NCBI GenBank assembly: GCA_040772485.1 | Contig: JAXGYC010000007.1 | Span: 864,001 to 928,000, forward strand | From: Sedimentisphaerales bacterium | GTDB taxonomy: Bacteria > Planctomycetota > Phycisphaerae > Sedimentisphaerales > Anaerobacaceae | DNA length: 64,000 nt | Direction: 5' to 3' | Shown: piece after piece, positions 54,763-64,000 of the stretch | Layout: the number at the start of each line of letters is the position of its first letter | Numbering within the stretch: position 1 is the stretch's first letter | Notes under the pieces: generated by a model | Told to the model about the DNA's origin: nothing | Seen by the model: the letters and a program-made list of their open reading frames with translations, nothing else | Database searches by the model: none | Made by a program: the position numbers and the translations under genes

Positions 54763-54809
54763 ATAGCGACGAAGAGTGGCCATTCTGCAACGGTCCGAAA
54801 CGGGTATCG

Positions 54810-55349
54810 ATGGAAGACAGATTGCTGATCCTGGCGTTCAGGGGCGGCAGCACAGAGGCGCTGTGCCGCATTTACAGGAAGTACGAGCAGGCGATGCTCA
54901 GCGTGGCCACCGGTCTGCTGACCGACGTGGGCGCGGCCGAGGACGTCGTGCACGACGTGTTCGTGACGCTGGCCCAGTCGCCCGAGAAGCTGGGGCTGGC
55001 CGGCAGCCTGCGGGCCTACCTGACCACGTGCGTGGCCAACCTCGCCCGCGATCGGCTCCGCCGCCGCAAGCGACACGCCAGGACACTGGAGAATCATCAG
55101 CCCGACGAGATCGACGGATCGGCCCCGCTATCGGAAACGCTGCGCGACGAACAGGTCCGGCAGTTGGCCAAGGCTCTGGAGCAGTTGCCCTACGAGCAAC
55201 GTGAAGTCGTGGTCCTGCATCTGCGTGGCGGATTGCCCTTTCGGGCGATCGCCAGGAGGCAGGGCGTTTCGATCAATACCGCGCAGAGTCGGTATCGATA
55301 CGGGATCGACAAGCTGCGGGCGATGCTAAATGGTGAGGTCGACACATGA
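54810..55349 (+). CDS. ECF sigma factor 3
   Basis: ALCRIYRKY, EDVVHDVF, LPYEQREVV, SINTAQSRYRYG. Confidence 0.92.
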   Translation: MEDRLLILAFRGGSTEALCRIYRKYEQAMLSVATGLLTDVGAAEDVVHDVFVTLAQSPEKLGLAGSLRAYLTTCVANLARDRLRRRKRHARTLENHQPDEIDGSAPLSETLRDEQVRQLAKALEQLPYEQREVVVLHLRGGLPFRAIARRQGVSINTAQSRYRYGIDKLRAMLNGEVDT

Positions 55350-57820
55350 AATCAAAACGAGAGATAGAGCAGGCCGTGCGCGAGCTGAATGCCCAACCCC
55401 GAGCCGAGGCGCATGACCGGACGCTCCGCGACCTGATCGAGACCCACGTCGCCGGTCGAGGCCAGCGATCACGATCTGCGATGTGGCTCGGTCTCGTACC
55501 GCCACCGGTCCGACGTCTGGCCGCAGCGGGAATCGTCATCGCAGTGATGATCGCCCTGGTCTGTTTCCAACGTTTCGGCGCGCCGGCCTATGCTATCGAG
55601 CAGACCGTCGCCGCCCTGCAGGCCACTTCGGTCGTGCACATCGTCGGTCGCGACTGGGACGATAAACGGATCGATATCTGGAGCAAAGTCAATCCCGACA
55701 CGGGCATGGTCGATCACTGGCACATCCGCCGGATCGACGATGGCTTCGTGACCGTCTCGACGCCGCAGAACACGTTCTCGTACGATGAGAGAAACAACAC
55801 GGTCCGCATCTCGGATGGGCCCAGCGTCGCCTCGGTGTTTCGCCTGGGTGAGTTCTTCGAGGGAATGGACCAGTTGGCGAGAGAATTCGAGGGCAAGGTG
55901 ACGTACTGCGAGGTCACCGATCCGGCCACGGGGAGGAAGCTTCTGGAACTGACGATGAACGCCCCGCGATTGGAGTTGCGGTCGTTGATTGATCCCAAGA
56001 CGAAACTGCCGGTCAGCATCGATGTCATCCGCGGTGAACGGCCGAGTTCGTACGACACCCTCAAGCACGCCACGCAGATCAGCTATGACGACCAGCCGCC
56101 GCAGGACGTTTTTGCCTTCACGATCCCCGCCGGTGCGAACGTGGAGGCCGCGACTCTCCAGGACCCGCTGCAGGATCTGCCTCTGAGCGTTTTGCGGCGG
56201 TGTGCCTCACTCCACGACCAGTCGCTCAAAGAGGCGAGCGACCTCGGAGGCCTTCCGGTCAACACCCAGATCCACTTCGTGGACGACCGTTTCGATCTGC
56301 GCAAGGGTGGCTTCCTCGCGATCCACAACGATTCGAATGACATCTGGACGGGCGAGGTGAGCGTGGCCAACTTCGACTACGCCAACATGGCTCTCTTCGA
56401 AGCAGCCAGTCTGGAGAAACAGCAGATTCGCCTCGTCCAGCAGCGGCAGGTCTCTCCCGGACGGTTCCATCTGTACTGGAAGCTCAAATCGCCTTTGCAG
56501 CGCGGCGAAACCCGATACGCTCTGTGGTGGGTCTGCGATCCGGAGAGATTGGGGGAAGGCCCTGACGGCGCGGGGTGGATCGTGCGATTGAGCAATTGCC
56601 TTGGATGCGAAGGCCTCGAGAATTTCATTCTCGTCACGCCCGACGACATGGCGGTTTCCGACGGTTCCAGGCCGTGCCAGTCACAAGAGACATCCGGCAA
56701 CTACAGCATCCGCACGTGGACCCGGCATCTCCCCAAGGAGCCCGTGGAAAACACGGTGGACGTGTCCGTGTCGCACTCGGGGGCTGATTACTCCGCCGAG
56801 TACATCGAACAGAATCGAGGCCGGGTGCTCGTGGAAATCCCCGAGACATTCGAACTGGCCAACATCGCCATTGCAATTTCCGAGGCCGGGCTGAACGAGG
56901 AGTATCGTGTCAACAAGCGGGGCGCTTACTACAAGCGGGTACTGGAGCATTTTCTGCCGTTCAAGGACCATCCGCTCATTGCCCAATCCGATCTGACGCG
57001 TAACTACGGCTACTACTTCCGCGACAACAGCATCTGCTATCGGTTCGAAGGCGACCGGATCGTCCATGCGGGCCAGTACTTCAACGTCCGACGGCCCGAT
57101 CTGTTCAAGGCGCAGCTTGCCCGGCTGGAGGATTTCGCCCGTGTCAGCGGCTTCAGGCAATTCTATCGCGACAACCTGTCCTACTACGAACAGCAAATCG
57201 AGCTGTATCGCCGAAAGGTCCCGGTCCGGCAGATGTGGACCTGGCTTGAAGAGAGGTTCCCGACTCGGCACGATTGCTACAAGGTCGTGTTCTCACCTCT
57301 GTTGGGCGCCTCGCACGAGACCTGTGGCTTCACCGATCAGGGATTCAGCGAGACCATTATGTTCGTCAGTGGCCCAGGCGAATCGACCGACACGTCCGAC
57401 CCGATCGAGGAAGGGTGCCTGTCCCGCGTGGTGTTCACCGAGATCGACCACAACTACGTCAATCGCATTACAGGAGATCGTCTCAAACGTGTCAATGAGG
57501 TGTTCGCCGACCTGGACCGGTGGAACCGGCAGGACAACTACCGGTCGGCCGAGCAGACCTTCAACGAGTACATGACGTGGGCGGTGTTTGTGCTGTACGC
57601 CTATGACACCTATCACGTCAAGGACGCCGAGACCATCATTGAACGCAGCACGACAAGCACGATGGTTCGCTTCCGCAAATTCGTAAGATTCACCGAGTTC
57701 GCCGAACAGTTGTTGCGTTTGTACCGCGATCAAGGCGACGGGCAGACCATCCCCGGTCTCTACCCGGCTATCCTGGATTGGGCCGAAGAGCAGGCTCGGG
57801 CTACCTCGGCAAGCAAGTGA
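55346..57820 (+). CDS. Large anti-sigma factor 3 with C-terminal DUF4932-like domain
   Basis: ATGA overlap; TM, PAYAIEQT, DPKTKLP; C-terminal IPETFELANI..HFLPFKDHP, TEIDHNYVN, FNEY. Confidence 0.72.
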   Translation: MKSKREIEQAVRELNAQPRAEAHDRTLRDLIETHVAGRGQRSRSAMWLGLVPPPVRRLAAAGIVIAVMIALVCFQRFGAPAYAIEQTVAALQATSVVHIVGRDWDDKRIDIWSKVNPDTGMVDHWHIRRIDDGFVTVSTPQNTFSYDERNNTVRISDGPSVASVFRLGEFFEGMDQLAREFEGKVTYCEVTDPATGRKLLELTMNAPRLELRSLIDPKTKLPVSIDVIRGERPSSYDTLKHATQISYDDQPPQDVFAFTIPAGANVEAATLQDPLQDLPLSVLRRCASLHDQSLKEASDLGGLPVNTQIHFVDDRFDLRKGGFLAIHNDSNDIWTGEVSVANFDYANMALFEAASLEKQQIRLVQQRQVSPGRFHLYWKLKSPLQRGETRYALWWVCDPERLGEGPDGAGWIVRLSNCLGCEGLENFILVTPDDMAVSDGSRPCQSQETSGNYSIRTWTRHLPKEPVENTVDVSVSHSGADYSAEYIEQNRGRVLVEIPETFELANIAIAISEAGLNEEYRVNKRGAYYKRVLEHFLPFKDHPLIAQSDLTRNYGYYFRDNSICYRFEGDRIVHAGQYFNVRRPDLFKAQLARLEDFARVSGFRQFYRDNLSYYEQQIELYRRKVPVRQMWTWLEERFPTRHDCYKVVFSPLLGASHETCGFTDQGFSETIMFVSGPGESTDTSDPIEEGCLSRVVFTEIDHNYVNRITGDRLKRVNEVFADLDRWNRQDNYRSAEQTFNEYMTWAVFVLYAYDTYHVKDAETIIERSTTSTMVRFRKFVRFTEFAEQLLRLYRDQGDGQTIPGLYPAILDWAEEQARATSASK

Positions 57821-57837
57821 CATGAGTATCAGTGCGC

Positions 57838-57870
57838 GTAGGCCGCGGGTGGTTTGGACCCGCGGCCTAC
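57838..57870. repeat. Perfect 13-bp GTAG-bounded hairpin (REP-like or terminator) between convergent genes
   Basis: GTAGGCCGCGGGT-ggtttgg-ACCCGCGGCCTAC. Confidence 0.65.
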
Positions 57871-57961
57871 AGACACTTGCGATTCCCCCCTGGGCTGCGG
57901 CTAAGCCCCCCTGGCCGCAGTCGCGTGTAGTTGCCTCGGCGAGATTTCGTGTCGGGTGCAA

Positions 57962-58234
57962 TCAGCCCTTGGACTTGGCCTGGGCTTCGTCGATCTTCTC
58001 GCGGATCATCTCAGCGGCCTTCGTCGCAGCTTCCTTTCCGAACGCGATCGCTTTGTGCATCCCCGAGTTGACCGACTGGGTGAATTCTTCCGATCTGAGT
58101 TTGGCCAGAATGCCACCCTTGCCATCGAGTTGCCCCGGAGCCGAATCGGGAGCCGGCGAGAGGCAGTAGATGGCGGTCGCAAAACCGGCGCCGTAGACTA
58201 TCAGCAGCAAGACGAATTTTGATCTCCAACCCAA
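57962..58234 (-). CDS. Small membrane-anchored hypothetical protein
   Basis: TTG start after AAGGGGGG; N-terminal TM KFVLLLIVYGAGFATAIY; amphipathic tail. Confidence 0.6.
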   Translation of the reverse strand: MGWRSKFVLLLIVYGAGFATAIYCLSPAPDSAPGQLDGKGGILAKLRSEEFTQSVNSGMHKAIAFGKEAATKAAEMIREKIDEAQAKSKG

Positions 58235-58389
58235 TGGAGTCCCCCCTTCTTTACTGGATTTACCCGTGCCAGTCCCGGCCTTGTTGCGTGCATCCGTCTC
58301 TACGTAAATACTCCGATATAAAGCGGGAGATGCAAATGGAAAAACGCTCATCGAGGGGGCCGGTAATCCCGGCGGCATCAGCGTAGGAA

Positions 58390-59517
58390 TCAGCGAAGAG
58401 CGGTGTCGAGGATGCCCCGAAGGACGCCGCAGACAAAGGCCACGTCGTCCTCGGTCAGATGGGCGTGAAAAGGCAGGGCCACCGTGCGTCGAGCAGTGCG
58501 TTCACAGACGGGGAAATCGCCCGGACCGTGTCCGTACCGCTCGGCGATGAACGGCTGCAGATGGATCGGGGGAAAGTAGTTGCCGACCTGGATCTTCTGG
58601 CGGCGCATCTCTTCGAGCAGACGGTCGCGATGCTCGCATCCGACCGAATCCGCCAAACGAACCACGAAAACGAACCAGCTTGTGTCCCCGCCGGGCGGCG
58701 CTGCCGGCACGATGAGCCGGACCTCGTCGGCCAGCATCTCCTGGTACCACCGGGCCACGCGGCTGCGTCTGGCCTTGATCTCGTCGATCCGCGCCAGTTG
58801 CGCCAGGCCCAGCGCGCAGTTGATGTCACTGAGCCGGAAATTGTAACCCAGGCGCTCGTGGAGCAGCCACTGATCGCCGCTGCTGCGTCCCTGGTTGCGA
58901 AGGGAAACGCACAGGTCCGCCAGGGCCTCGTCGTCGGTCAGGATGGCCCCGCCCTCGCCCGTGGTGATCTGCTTGTTCGGATAGAAGCCGAAGACGCTCA
59001 GCTTGCCGAACGTCCCGGCCTTTTTGCCGTTCAGGGCTGATCCGAGGGCTTCGCAACTGTCCTCGACAACCGGCAGGTGATTCCGCTCGGCGATCCGGCA
59101 TATGTCGTCGAATCCGGCGGGATTTCCGAACACCTCTACGGGAAGAATCGCTCGCGTACGCGGCGTGATCGCCGCTTCGATCCTGTCCGGACAGAGGTTC
59201 AGGCTCACCGGGTCGATGTCGACGAACACCGGCCTGGCGCCCGTCATCATGATCGACGTCGTCGAAGCGACGAACGAGAACGGCGTCGTGATCACTTCAT
59301 CGCCCTGACCGATCCCCAGGGCCAGCAGGCTCAGGAACAGCCCGCTGGTGCCGCTGTTGACCGCCACCGCCCGGCGACGGCCAAGATAGCGCGCCAGGGC
59401 CTGTTCGAACTCGGTCAGCCTGGGCCCCAGCGACAGGTTCGGGCCACGAAGCACCTCAACCACACTGGCGATCTCTTTGTCGGTGATGTCGGGTCGGGAT
59501 AAGAAAATCCGCATCAT
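58390..59517 (-). CDS. DegT/DnrJ/EryC1/StrS aminotransferase
   Basis: NSGTSGL, EDSCEALG, FYPNKQITTGEGG, GYNFRL. Confidence 0.93.
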   Translation of the reverse strand: MMRIFLSRPDITDKEIASVVEVLRGPNLSLGPRLTEFEQALARYLGRRRAVAVNSGTSGLFLSLLALGIGQGDEVITTPFSFVASTTSIMMTGARPVFVDIDPVSLNLCPDRIEAAITPRTRAILPVEVFGNPAGFDDICRIAERNHLPVVEDSCEALGSALNGKKAGTFGKLSVFGFYPNKQITTGEGGAILTDDEALADLCVSLRNQGRSSGDQWLLHERLGYNFRLSDINCALGLAQLARIDEIKARRSRVARWYQEMLADEVRLIVPAAPPGGDTSWFVFVVRLADSVGCEHRDRLLEEMRRQKIQVGNYFPPIHLQPFIAERYGHGPGDFPVCERTARRTVALPFHAHLTEDDVAFVCGVLRGILDTALR

Positions 59518-59761
59518 GCACTCCTGCGCCGTGGCGCCGGTCCATCGTGACAGGGCATTCTAATCTCGCCACGCGCCGAATCCAACGCAATTCCCGCCCC
59601 ACCGATCGAGGAGGGACCGCCGGCCGCTTATAGGACCATCGGGCGATGGAATCGACGATAGCAGCGTGGCGGCGCGGGTTTGTTGGCTCTCGGTTAAATC
59701 CCGCTCCCGCACGGACCGAAGAGGACAGCGGCACAAGGACCTTGTTTCAGGAATCGCAACG

Positions 59762-60340
59762 ATGGCTAAAGGCAAGAACGTGCTGACGACCGGAGACGTG
59801 GCGAAGATCTGCAACGTCGCGCCGCGAACGGTTTCCAAGTGGTTCGACTCCGGGCAGCTCAAGGGCTACCGCATCCCCGGCAGCAAGGATCGCCGCATCC
59901 CGCTGAACGAGCTGGTCCGCTTCATGAAGGCCCACAACATGCCGACCGAGGCGCTGTCTGTCGGCAAGCTCAGGGTCCTGGTCATCGACAGCGACGCCAA
60001 CAACAAGGCGGTGATCGTCAACGGCCTCAAGGCCCGGGACAGTTACGAGGTCCAGGCCGCGGGCACCAGCTTCGAAACGGGGGCGGCCATCCAACGATTC
60101 GCGCCCCACGTGGTCCTGATCAACCTGCTGGCGAACGGCATCGACGCCGGCGGCATCTGCCGGAGCATTCGCGAGAACGAGGAGTACGCCACGATCAAGC
60201 TGATCGCCCTGGCCAACCACCTCAGTCAGCCGGAGGCAACCGCGCTGATCCAGAAGGGCTTCGACGGTTACGTCTCCAACCCCTCCGATGGAACCGAAGT
60301 GATTCGCAAGATCGAGGAAGTCACTGCGATCATCTACTGA
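59762..60340 (+). CDS. Excisionase-like HTH + (pseudo)receiver regulator
   Basis: LTTGDVAKICNVAPRTVSKWFDSGQLKGYRIPGSKDRRIP followed by a CheY-like pattern. Confidence 0.88.
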   Translation: MAKGKNVLTTGDVAKICNVAPRTVSKWFDSGQLKGYRIPGSKDRRIPLNELVRFMKAHNMPTEALSVGKLRVLVIDSDANNKAVIVNGLKARDSYEVQAAGTSFETGAAIQRFAPHVVLINLLANGIDAGGICRSIRENEEYATIKLIALANHLSQPEATALIQKGFDGYVSNPSDGTEVIRKIEEVTAIIY

Positions 60341-60349
60341 CACCGGCGG

Positions 60350-61144
60350 TCAGTATTCCTTGTACTTGCTCAGCCAGGCCGGCCACTCGGATGGCGTCAT
60401 CCCCCCGGCCCGGGTATACGGCCCGTTCACGTCGAAGGCCTTGTGCCACTTCAGCGTCCAAAGCTCCTTGAGTCCCACGTGGCGGACCGACCAGTCCATG
60501 AACAGGAAGTTCGTCCAACCGTTATGCCGGTCGATGCAGAAATGGTTGATCTCGCCGGTCGTGCCGGTGTCGCCGCCGCCGAAATCCCACGGCAGTTGGA
60601 TGGGGGCGTCCGTGTCACGCGGCCAGGCATCGTGCCAGGTCGAATCGGCAAACACGGGAATGTTGTACTGGCCGGTGTGCGCCGTCGTCTTCCAGAACCA
60701 TTCCAGCTTCCGGTCGCCGCGATCTCCGGTCATGTGATTGGTCCAACTGTTGATCCCGTAGCTGAACGCATAGTATTGCGATCCCCCGCCGGGCGTGGCC
60801 AGCGTTCGCGTCATGGCCATGAAGGTGCCTTCCCGACCTTGCTCATCGATCCGCGTCGCCGTCGGGCACAACAGCATCTCCCAATCGTCTCGGTAGTAGG
60901 GACGCAGGGCATTGGGCCACAGCGTCGCCTCACCGACCCCCCAGCCGGGATTGAACTTCCCGTCGTATTCGTCGGTGTAGAACTTGAACATCAGGCCCCA
61001 GCTCTTGAGCCGGGCCATGCAGGCGACGGATTGGGCCTGCTTCTTCACCCTCGACAAGGCCGGCATGAGAATCGCCATCAGCAGGGCAATAATTGCGATC
61101 ACCACCAGTAGCTCGATCAGCGTGAATCCCCTGCGTTTGTGCAT
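60350..61144 (-). CDS. Prepilin-type N-terminal / DUF1559 protein
   Basis: RGFTLIELLVVIAIIALLMAILMPAL; C-terminal RHNGWTNFLFMDW (H-X9-DG variant). Confidence 0.9.
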   Translation of the reverse strand: MHKRRGFTLIELLVVIAIIALLMAILMPALSRVKKQAQSVACMARLKSWGLMFKFYTDEYDGKFNPGWGVGEATLWPNALRPYYRDDWEMLLCPTATRIDEQGREGTFMAMTRTLATPGGGSQYYAFSYGINSWTNHMTGDRGDRKLEWFWKTTAHTGQYNIPVFADSTWHDAWPRDTDAPIQLPWDFGGGDTGTTGEINHFCIDRHNGWTNFLFMDWSVRHVGLKELWTLKWHKAFDVNGPYTRAGGMTPSEWPAWLSKYKEY

Positions 61145-61195
61145 GCCATGCCCCTTCCAAAAAGCGAGCCCAATCCCCCTGACAACGCAACCTCA

Positions 61196-61224
61196 ATTCT
61201 ACCAACCCCGGCATCAGAAAGCAA
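61196..61224 (-). promoter_or_regulatory. Sigma70 promoter for the DUF1559 gene
   Basis: TTGCTT, 17-nt spacer, TAGAAT. Confidence 0.6.
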
Positions 61225-61255
61225 CACCCAACCGGCCTCCTGCCCCCAGCCGGAT

Positions 61256-61801
61256 TCATTTGCGCTGTTCTTTGAGCATGTAGGCCTGAAGGCGGATCAG
61301 CGTCTTGCCGCTAACCGTCCGGGCCGACAGATCGCCCAGGATCACTCCGTACCGGTCTTCATCGAGCTTCCAGTGCATCAGGACTACGTGCGGGTTGTTG
61401 AGATTCGCCCGATCACCGTAGTAGACCACCTCCCGGCCCTCGGCCAGTAGGCTGTCGCGCATGTTCTGGAGCCCCTCCAGGACCTCGGTTCGATAGGCGC
61501 CTTCTCCGGCGAACGTGTACTTGAGAAAGGTCTTTCCATCCTGGTACGTCCGCCTGCTGAGGGCCTCGCGGCCGCCGAAGATGCCTCCGGCGATGACCAG
61601 GGCAATCAGAATGGCGGCGGCGGCGGCAATCCGGCTGATCCGCAGGTCCACGATGATGTTGACCGTGTCCATCCGGTGGGCGATCAGTCGGTGAGGGATG
61701 CGGTTCTTGAGCTCCTGGAGCAGGCCGGGACGGACCGGCTCCAGCCCCCGCTTCGGGAATGCCCTGAGCAACTCCTCGATTCGCTCTTTGTCCGTTGTCA
61801 T
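61256..61801 (-). CDS. Putative short anti-sigma factor
   Basis: Directly downstream of ECF sigma 4; single TM IAAAAAILIALVIAGG. Confidence 0.65.
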   Translation of the reverse strand: MTTDKERIEELLRAFPKRGLEPVRPGLLQELKNRIPHRLIAHRMDTVNIIVDLRISRIAAAAAILIALVIAGGIFGGREALSRRTYQDGKTFLKYTFAGEGAYRTEVLEGLQNMRDSLLAEGREVVYYGDRANLNNPHVVLMHWKLDEDRYGVILGDLSARTVSGKTLIRLQAYMLKEQRK

Positions 61802-61843
61802 ATGCTGCCCTGCCACGGCCTCGGATGCGTGCGGTTCTCGGCC

Positions 61844-62470
61844 CTACTCTCTGACGATTTCCTTTCGCAGGGCCTCCAGAGCCCTGTTCAGACGGCTTTT
61901 CAGCGTCCCTTCTCGTATCTGGGCCGCCTGGGCCGCCTCGGCGATGCTCAACTGATCCATGTAGTGCAGCACCACAGCCTGGCGGAGCTTCCACGGCAGC
62001 CGTCCGACGGCCTGGTGCAGCCCGGCGAACAGCTCCCGATCTCCGGCCTGCTGGGCCGAGTCGACCTCATCCGGCGCCGGCTCCACGTCGTTCAACTCAA
62101 CCGGATCGGGATGCTTGTGCTTGCGCCAGTGCAGACGCGAGACATTGCCGGCGATCCGAAACAGCCAGGCGCTGAGAGCCTTGCCCTCGCGCAACTGCCC
62201 GATGTGATACCAGGCCCGCATGAAGGTCTCCTGCGTCAGGTCCTCGCTGGTCTGGCGATCGTGCCCCATGGACCGCATAAACACGTAGACCCGCTCGTGG
62301 TATCGCTCGACCAGGGCCTCGGCCGCCGCCCGGTCTCCATGCCGCAAACGCTGCGCAAGCGAGGACTCATCCTGATCGCGGGTCCGCTCACCATGCAGAG
62401 GAACCACCTTCTGGTTAGCCGGATGCGCCGAACCGTCCTTCTGTTCTACGGACTGTGTGTTTTTCTGCAT
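61844..62470 (-). CDS. ECF sigma factor 4
   Basis: GDRAAAEALVERY, EDLTQETF, AWLFRIA, GTLKSRLNRA; start uncertain. Confidence 0.9.
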   Translation of the reverse strand: MQKNTQSVEQKDGSAHPANQKVVPLHGERTRDQDESSLAQRLRHGDRAAAEALVERYHERVYVFMRSMGHDRQTSEDLTQETFMRAWYHIGQLREGKALSAWLFRIAGNVSRLHWRKHKHPDPVELNDVEPAPDEVDSAQQAGDRELFAGLHQAVGRLPWKLRQAVVLHYMDQLSIAEAAQAAQIREGTLKSRLNRALEALRKEIVRE

Positions 62471-62601
62471 GATTCCCACGTCGCAAGACCCACTTGCAGT
62501 ATACCGTTTCGGCGGCGGCCATACAATACGGAGCTGTCGGTGGCGCATGACCGTTTCTGCGCTGCTCGCCTGGGCACACCGCCGAAGCACGAATAACGTT
62601 G

Positions 62602-62625
62602 GGGCGAATGATGATTCGCCCCTAC
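62602..62625 (-). repeat. REP-like family A, isolated copy
   Basis: GGGCGAATGATGATTCGCCCCTAC. Confidence 0.75.
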
Positions 62626-62848
62626 TCCTCGCCGGGCATGAATCGGTCCCCGGTACAGAGGGTCTGACCGAGCCGGATCGCAAGAACGGTCACGCACCCA
62701 GCTATCGGCCCTTGCGGCCGAAACGACTCTTATTGGCACAGGCCTCGTGCTATACTGAGCGGCCAATGGACGAGGTATGCTCACATTACGGCACGCCGGA
62801 CAACGCGTGGCAGCTTCGATGGGCGATCAGGCCCGACGTGCTGCCACA

Positions 62849-63736
62849 ATGAGGCTTGCGGCGATGGACCTGGCCCGGTTCAGCAATAGTGTCAGGCAGC
62901 TCTGGGAACAGACCGACCCGTGTACGCTGTGTCCGCGTCGGTGCGGCGCTCACCGCCACGCCGGCCAAGCCGGGTTCTGCGGGATTGCCGCCCTTCCCGT
63001 CGTCAGTTCGGTCGGTCCCCATTTCGGCGAAGAGAGCGTGCTCGTCGGATCGGGCGGATCGGGGACGATCTTCTTCGCGGGCTGCAATCTGGGCTGCGTC
63101 TTCTGCCAGAACTACGAGATCAGCCATCTGCGCGAGGGCCGGCGGATCGGCGTCGAACAGCTTGCCGATGCCATGCTCGGCCTCCAGCAGATCGGCTGCG
63201 TGAATATCAACTTCGTCACGCCCACCCACGTGGCCGCGCCTATCGCCGCGGCCATCGAGACCGCGCGTGACAGAGGCTTGCGGATTCCAACGGTCTACAA
63301 TACCGGCGGCTCCGATTGTGTCGAGGCGCTCCGTCTGCTCGAAGGGCTGATCGACATCTACATGCCTGATGTGAAGTACGCCGACGCCACAGTCGCCGCA
63401 GAGCTTTCCGCGGCTGCCGACTATCCGCAGGTCTGCTTTGCGGCCGTCGCCGAGATGCACCGCCAGGTCGGCGATCTGCGAATTGAACGAGGCGTCGCCA
63501 CCAGGGGCCTGCTCGTCCGCCACCTTGTGCTTCCCAACAACCTGGCGGGAAGCTCCCGGGTAATCGACTTTCTCGCTGACCGGATCAGTCCCCATACGAC
63601 GATCAACGTGATGGGCCAGTACCGGCCGTGCTATCAGGCCCATGCCCATCCGGAGATCGACCGCCGGCCCACCCGCGACGAGATCGCGTCGGTTCGTGAG
63701 CATGCCCGCGGGAAAGGTCTGACCGTGCTGGACTGA
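62849..63736 (+). CDS. Radical SAM protein, PflX-like
   Basis: CTLCPRRC, HFGEE, GSGTIFF, CNLGCVFCQN, DIYMPD, VRHLVLP; start uncertain. Confidence 0.9.
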   Translation: MRLAAMDLARFSNSVRQLWEQTDPCTLCPRRCGAHRHAGQAGFCGIAALPVVSSVGPHFGEESVLVGSGGSGTIFFAGCNLGCVFCQNYEISHLREGRRIGVEQLADAMLGLQQIGCVNINFVTPTHVAAPIAAAIETARDRGLRIPTVYNTGGSDCVEALRLLEGLIDIYMPDVKYADATVAAELSAAADYPQVCFAAVAEMHRQVGDLRIERGVATRGLLVRHLVLPNNLAGSSRVIDFLADRISPHTTINVMGQYRPCYQAHAHPEIDRRPTRDEIASVREHARGKGLTVLD

Positions 63737-63743
63737 CACCGTC

Positions 63744-64000
63744 TCAGCCTGTCAAGAGGCTCCGCAACGTCCTGGCGTTGTTGACGGCGTGGCCCTCCAC
63801 ATCGTTGTTGAAGTAGGCGTAGACGGCGCGCACGTTCTTCCGTTGGCCCTTGAGCCAGCCGGCCCATTCTTCGAGCATAGCGTCCGTGTAGTTGCCGGCG
63901 TAACGGCCGGTCGTGCCGTGAAAACGGACATAGACCATCTCGCCCGTCACCACGCGAGGCGACTGGTTGCCCGCCATATCGTGGACGCAGAAGGCGACGT
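63744..64000 (-). CDS. DUF72-family protein, 5' end truncated by window
   Basis: YVRFHG, YAYFNND..GHAV.NA. Confidence 0.85.
   Translation of the reverse strand, partial: VAFCVHDMAGNQSPRVVTGEMVYVRFHGTTGRYAGNYTDAMLEEWAGWLKGQRKNVRAVYAYFNNDVEGHAVNNARTLRSLLTG

Overview
GC-rich bacterial chromosomal segment, most likely Planctomycetota / Phycisphaerae (Sedimentisphaerales-like). This is inferred from a DUF1559 prepilin-like protein, Tat-signal Gfo/Idh/MocA enzymes, a LamG protein with dockerin-like motifs, an HTH_17 receiver regulator and expanded ECF/anti-sigma pairs. 1-40 kb is mostly housekeeping and carbohydrate metabolism: pilB-pilT-pilB, cinA, ychF, a siroheme enzyme, a U32 protein, rplU, sugar catabolism genes, a GT4-GH57-debranching operon, a stand-alone EF-G with a structured leader and two DEAD-box helicases. 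It also holds a 62-aa Bd0055-like bacterial histone. 40.6-48.3 kb is an accessory hotspot where nearly every intergenic gap carries one of several palindromic repeat families. These bracket a PaeR7I-like restriction-modification pair, an orphan TOPRIM-helicase and toxin-antitoxin modules, and some repeats lie in frame inside proteins. 49.9-57.8 kb holds three paralogous ECF sigma/anti-sigma pairs, each preceded by the same TAGACTAA-N15-YGT motif, with an uncharacterised toxin/immunity-like pair between the first two. No rRNA, canonical tRNA, CRISPR array, integrase or transposase was recognised. Family calls come from motif recognition by eye; no database searches were run.
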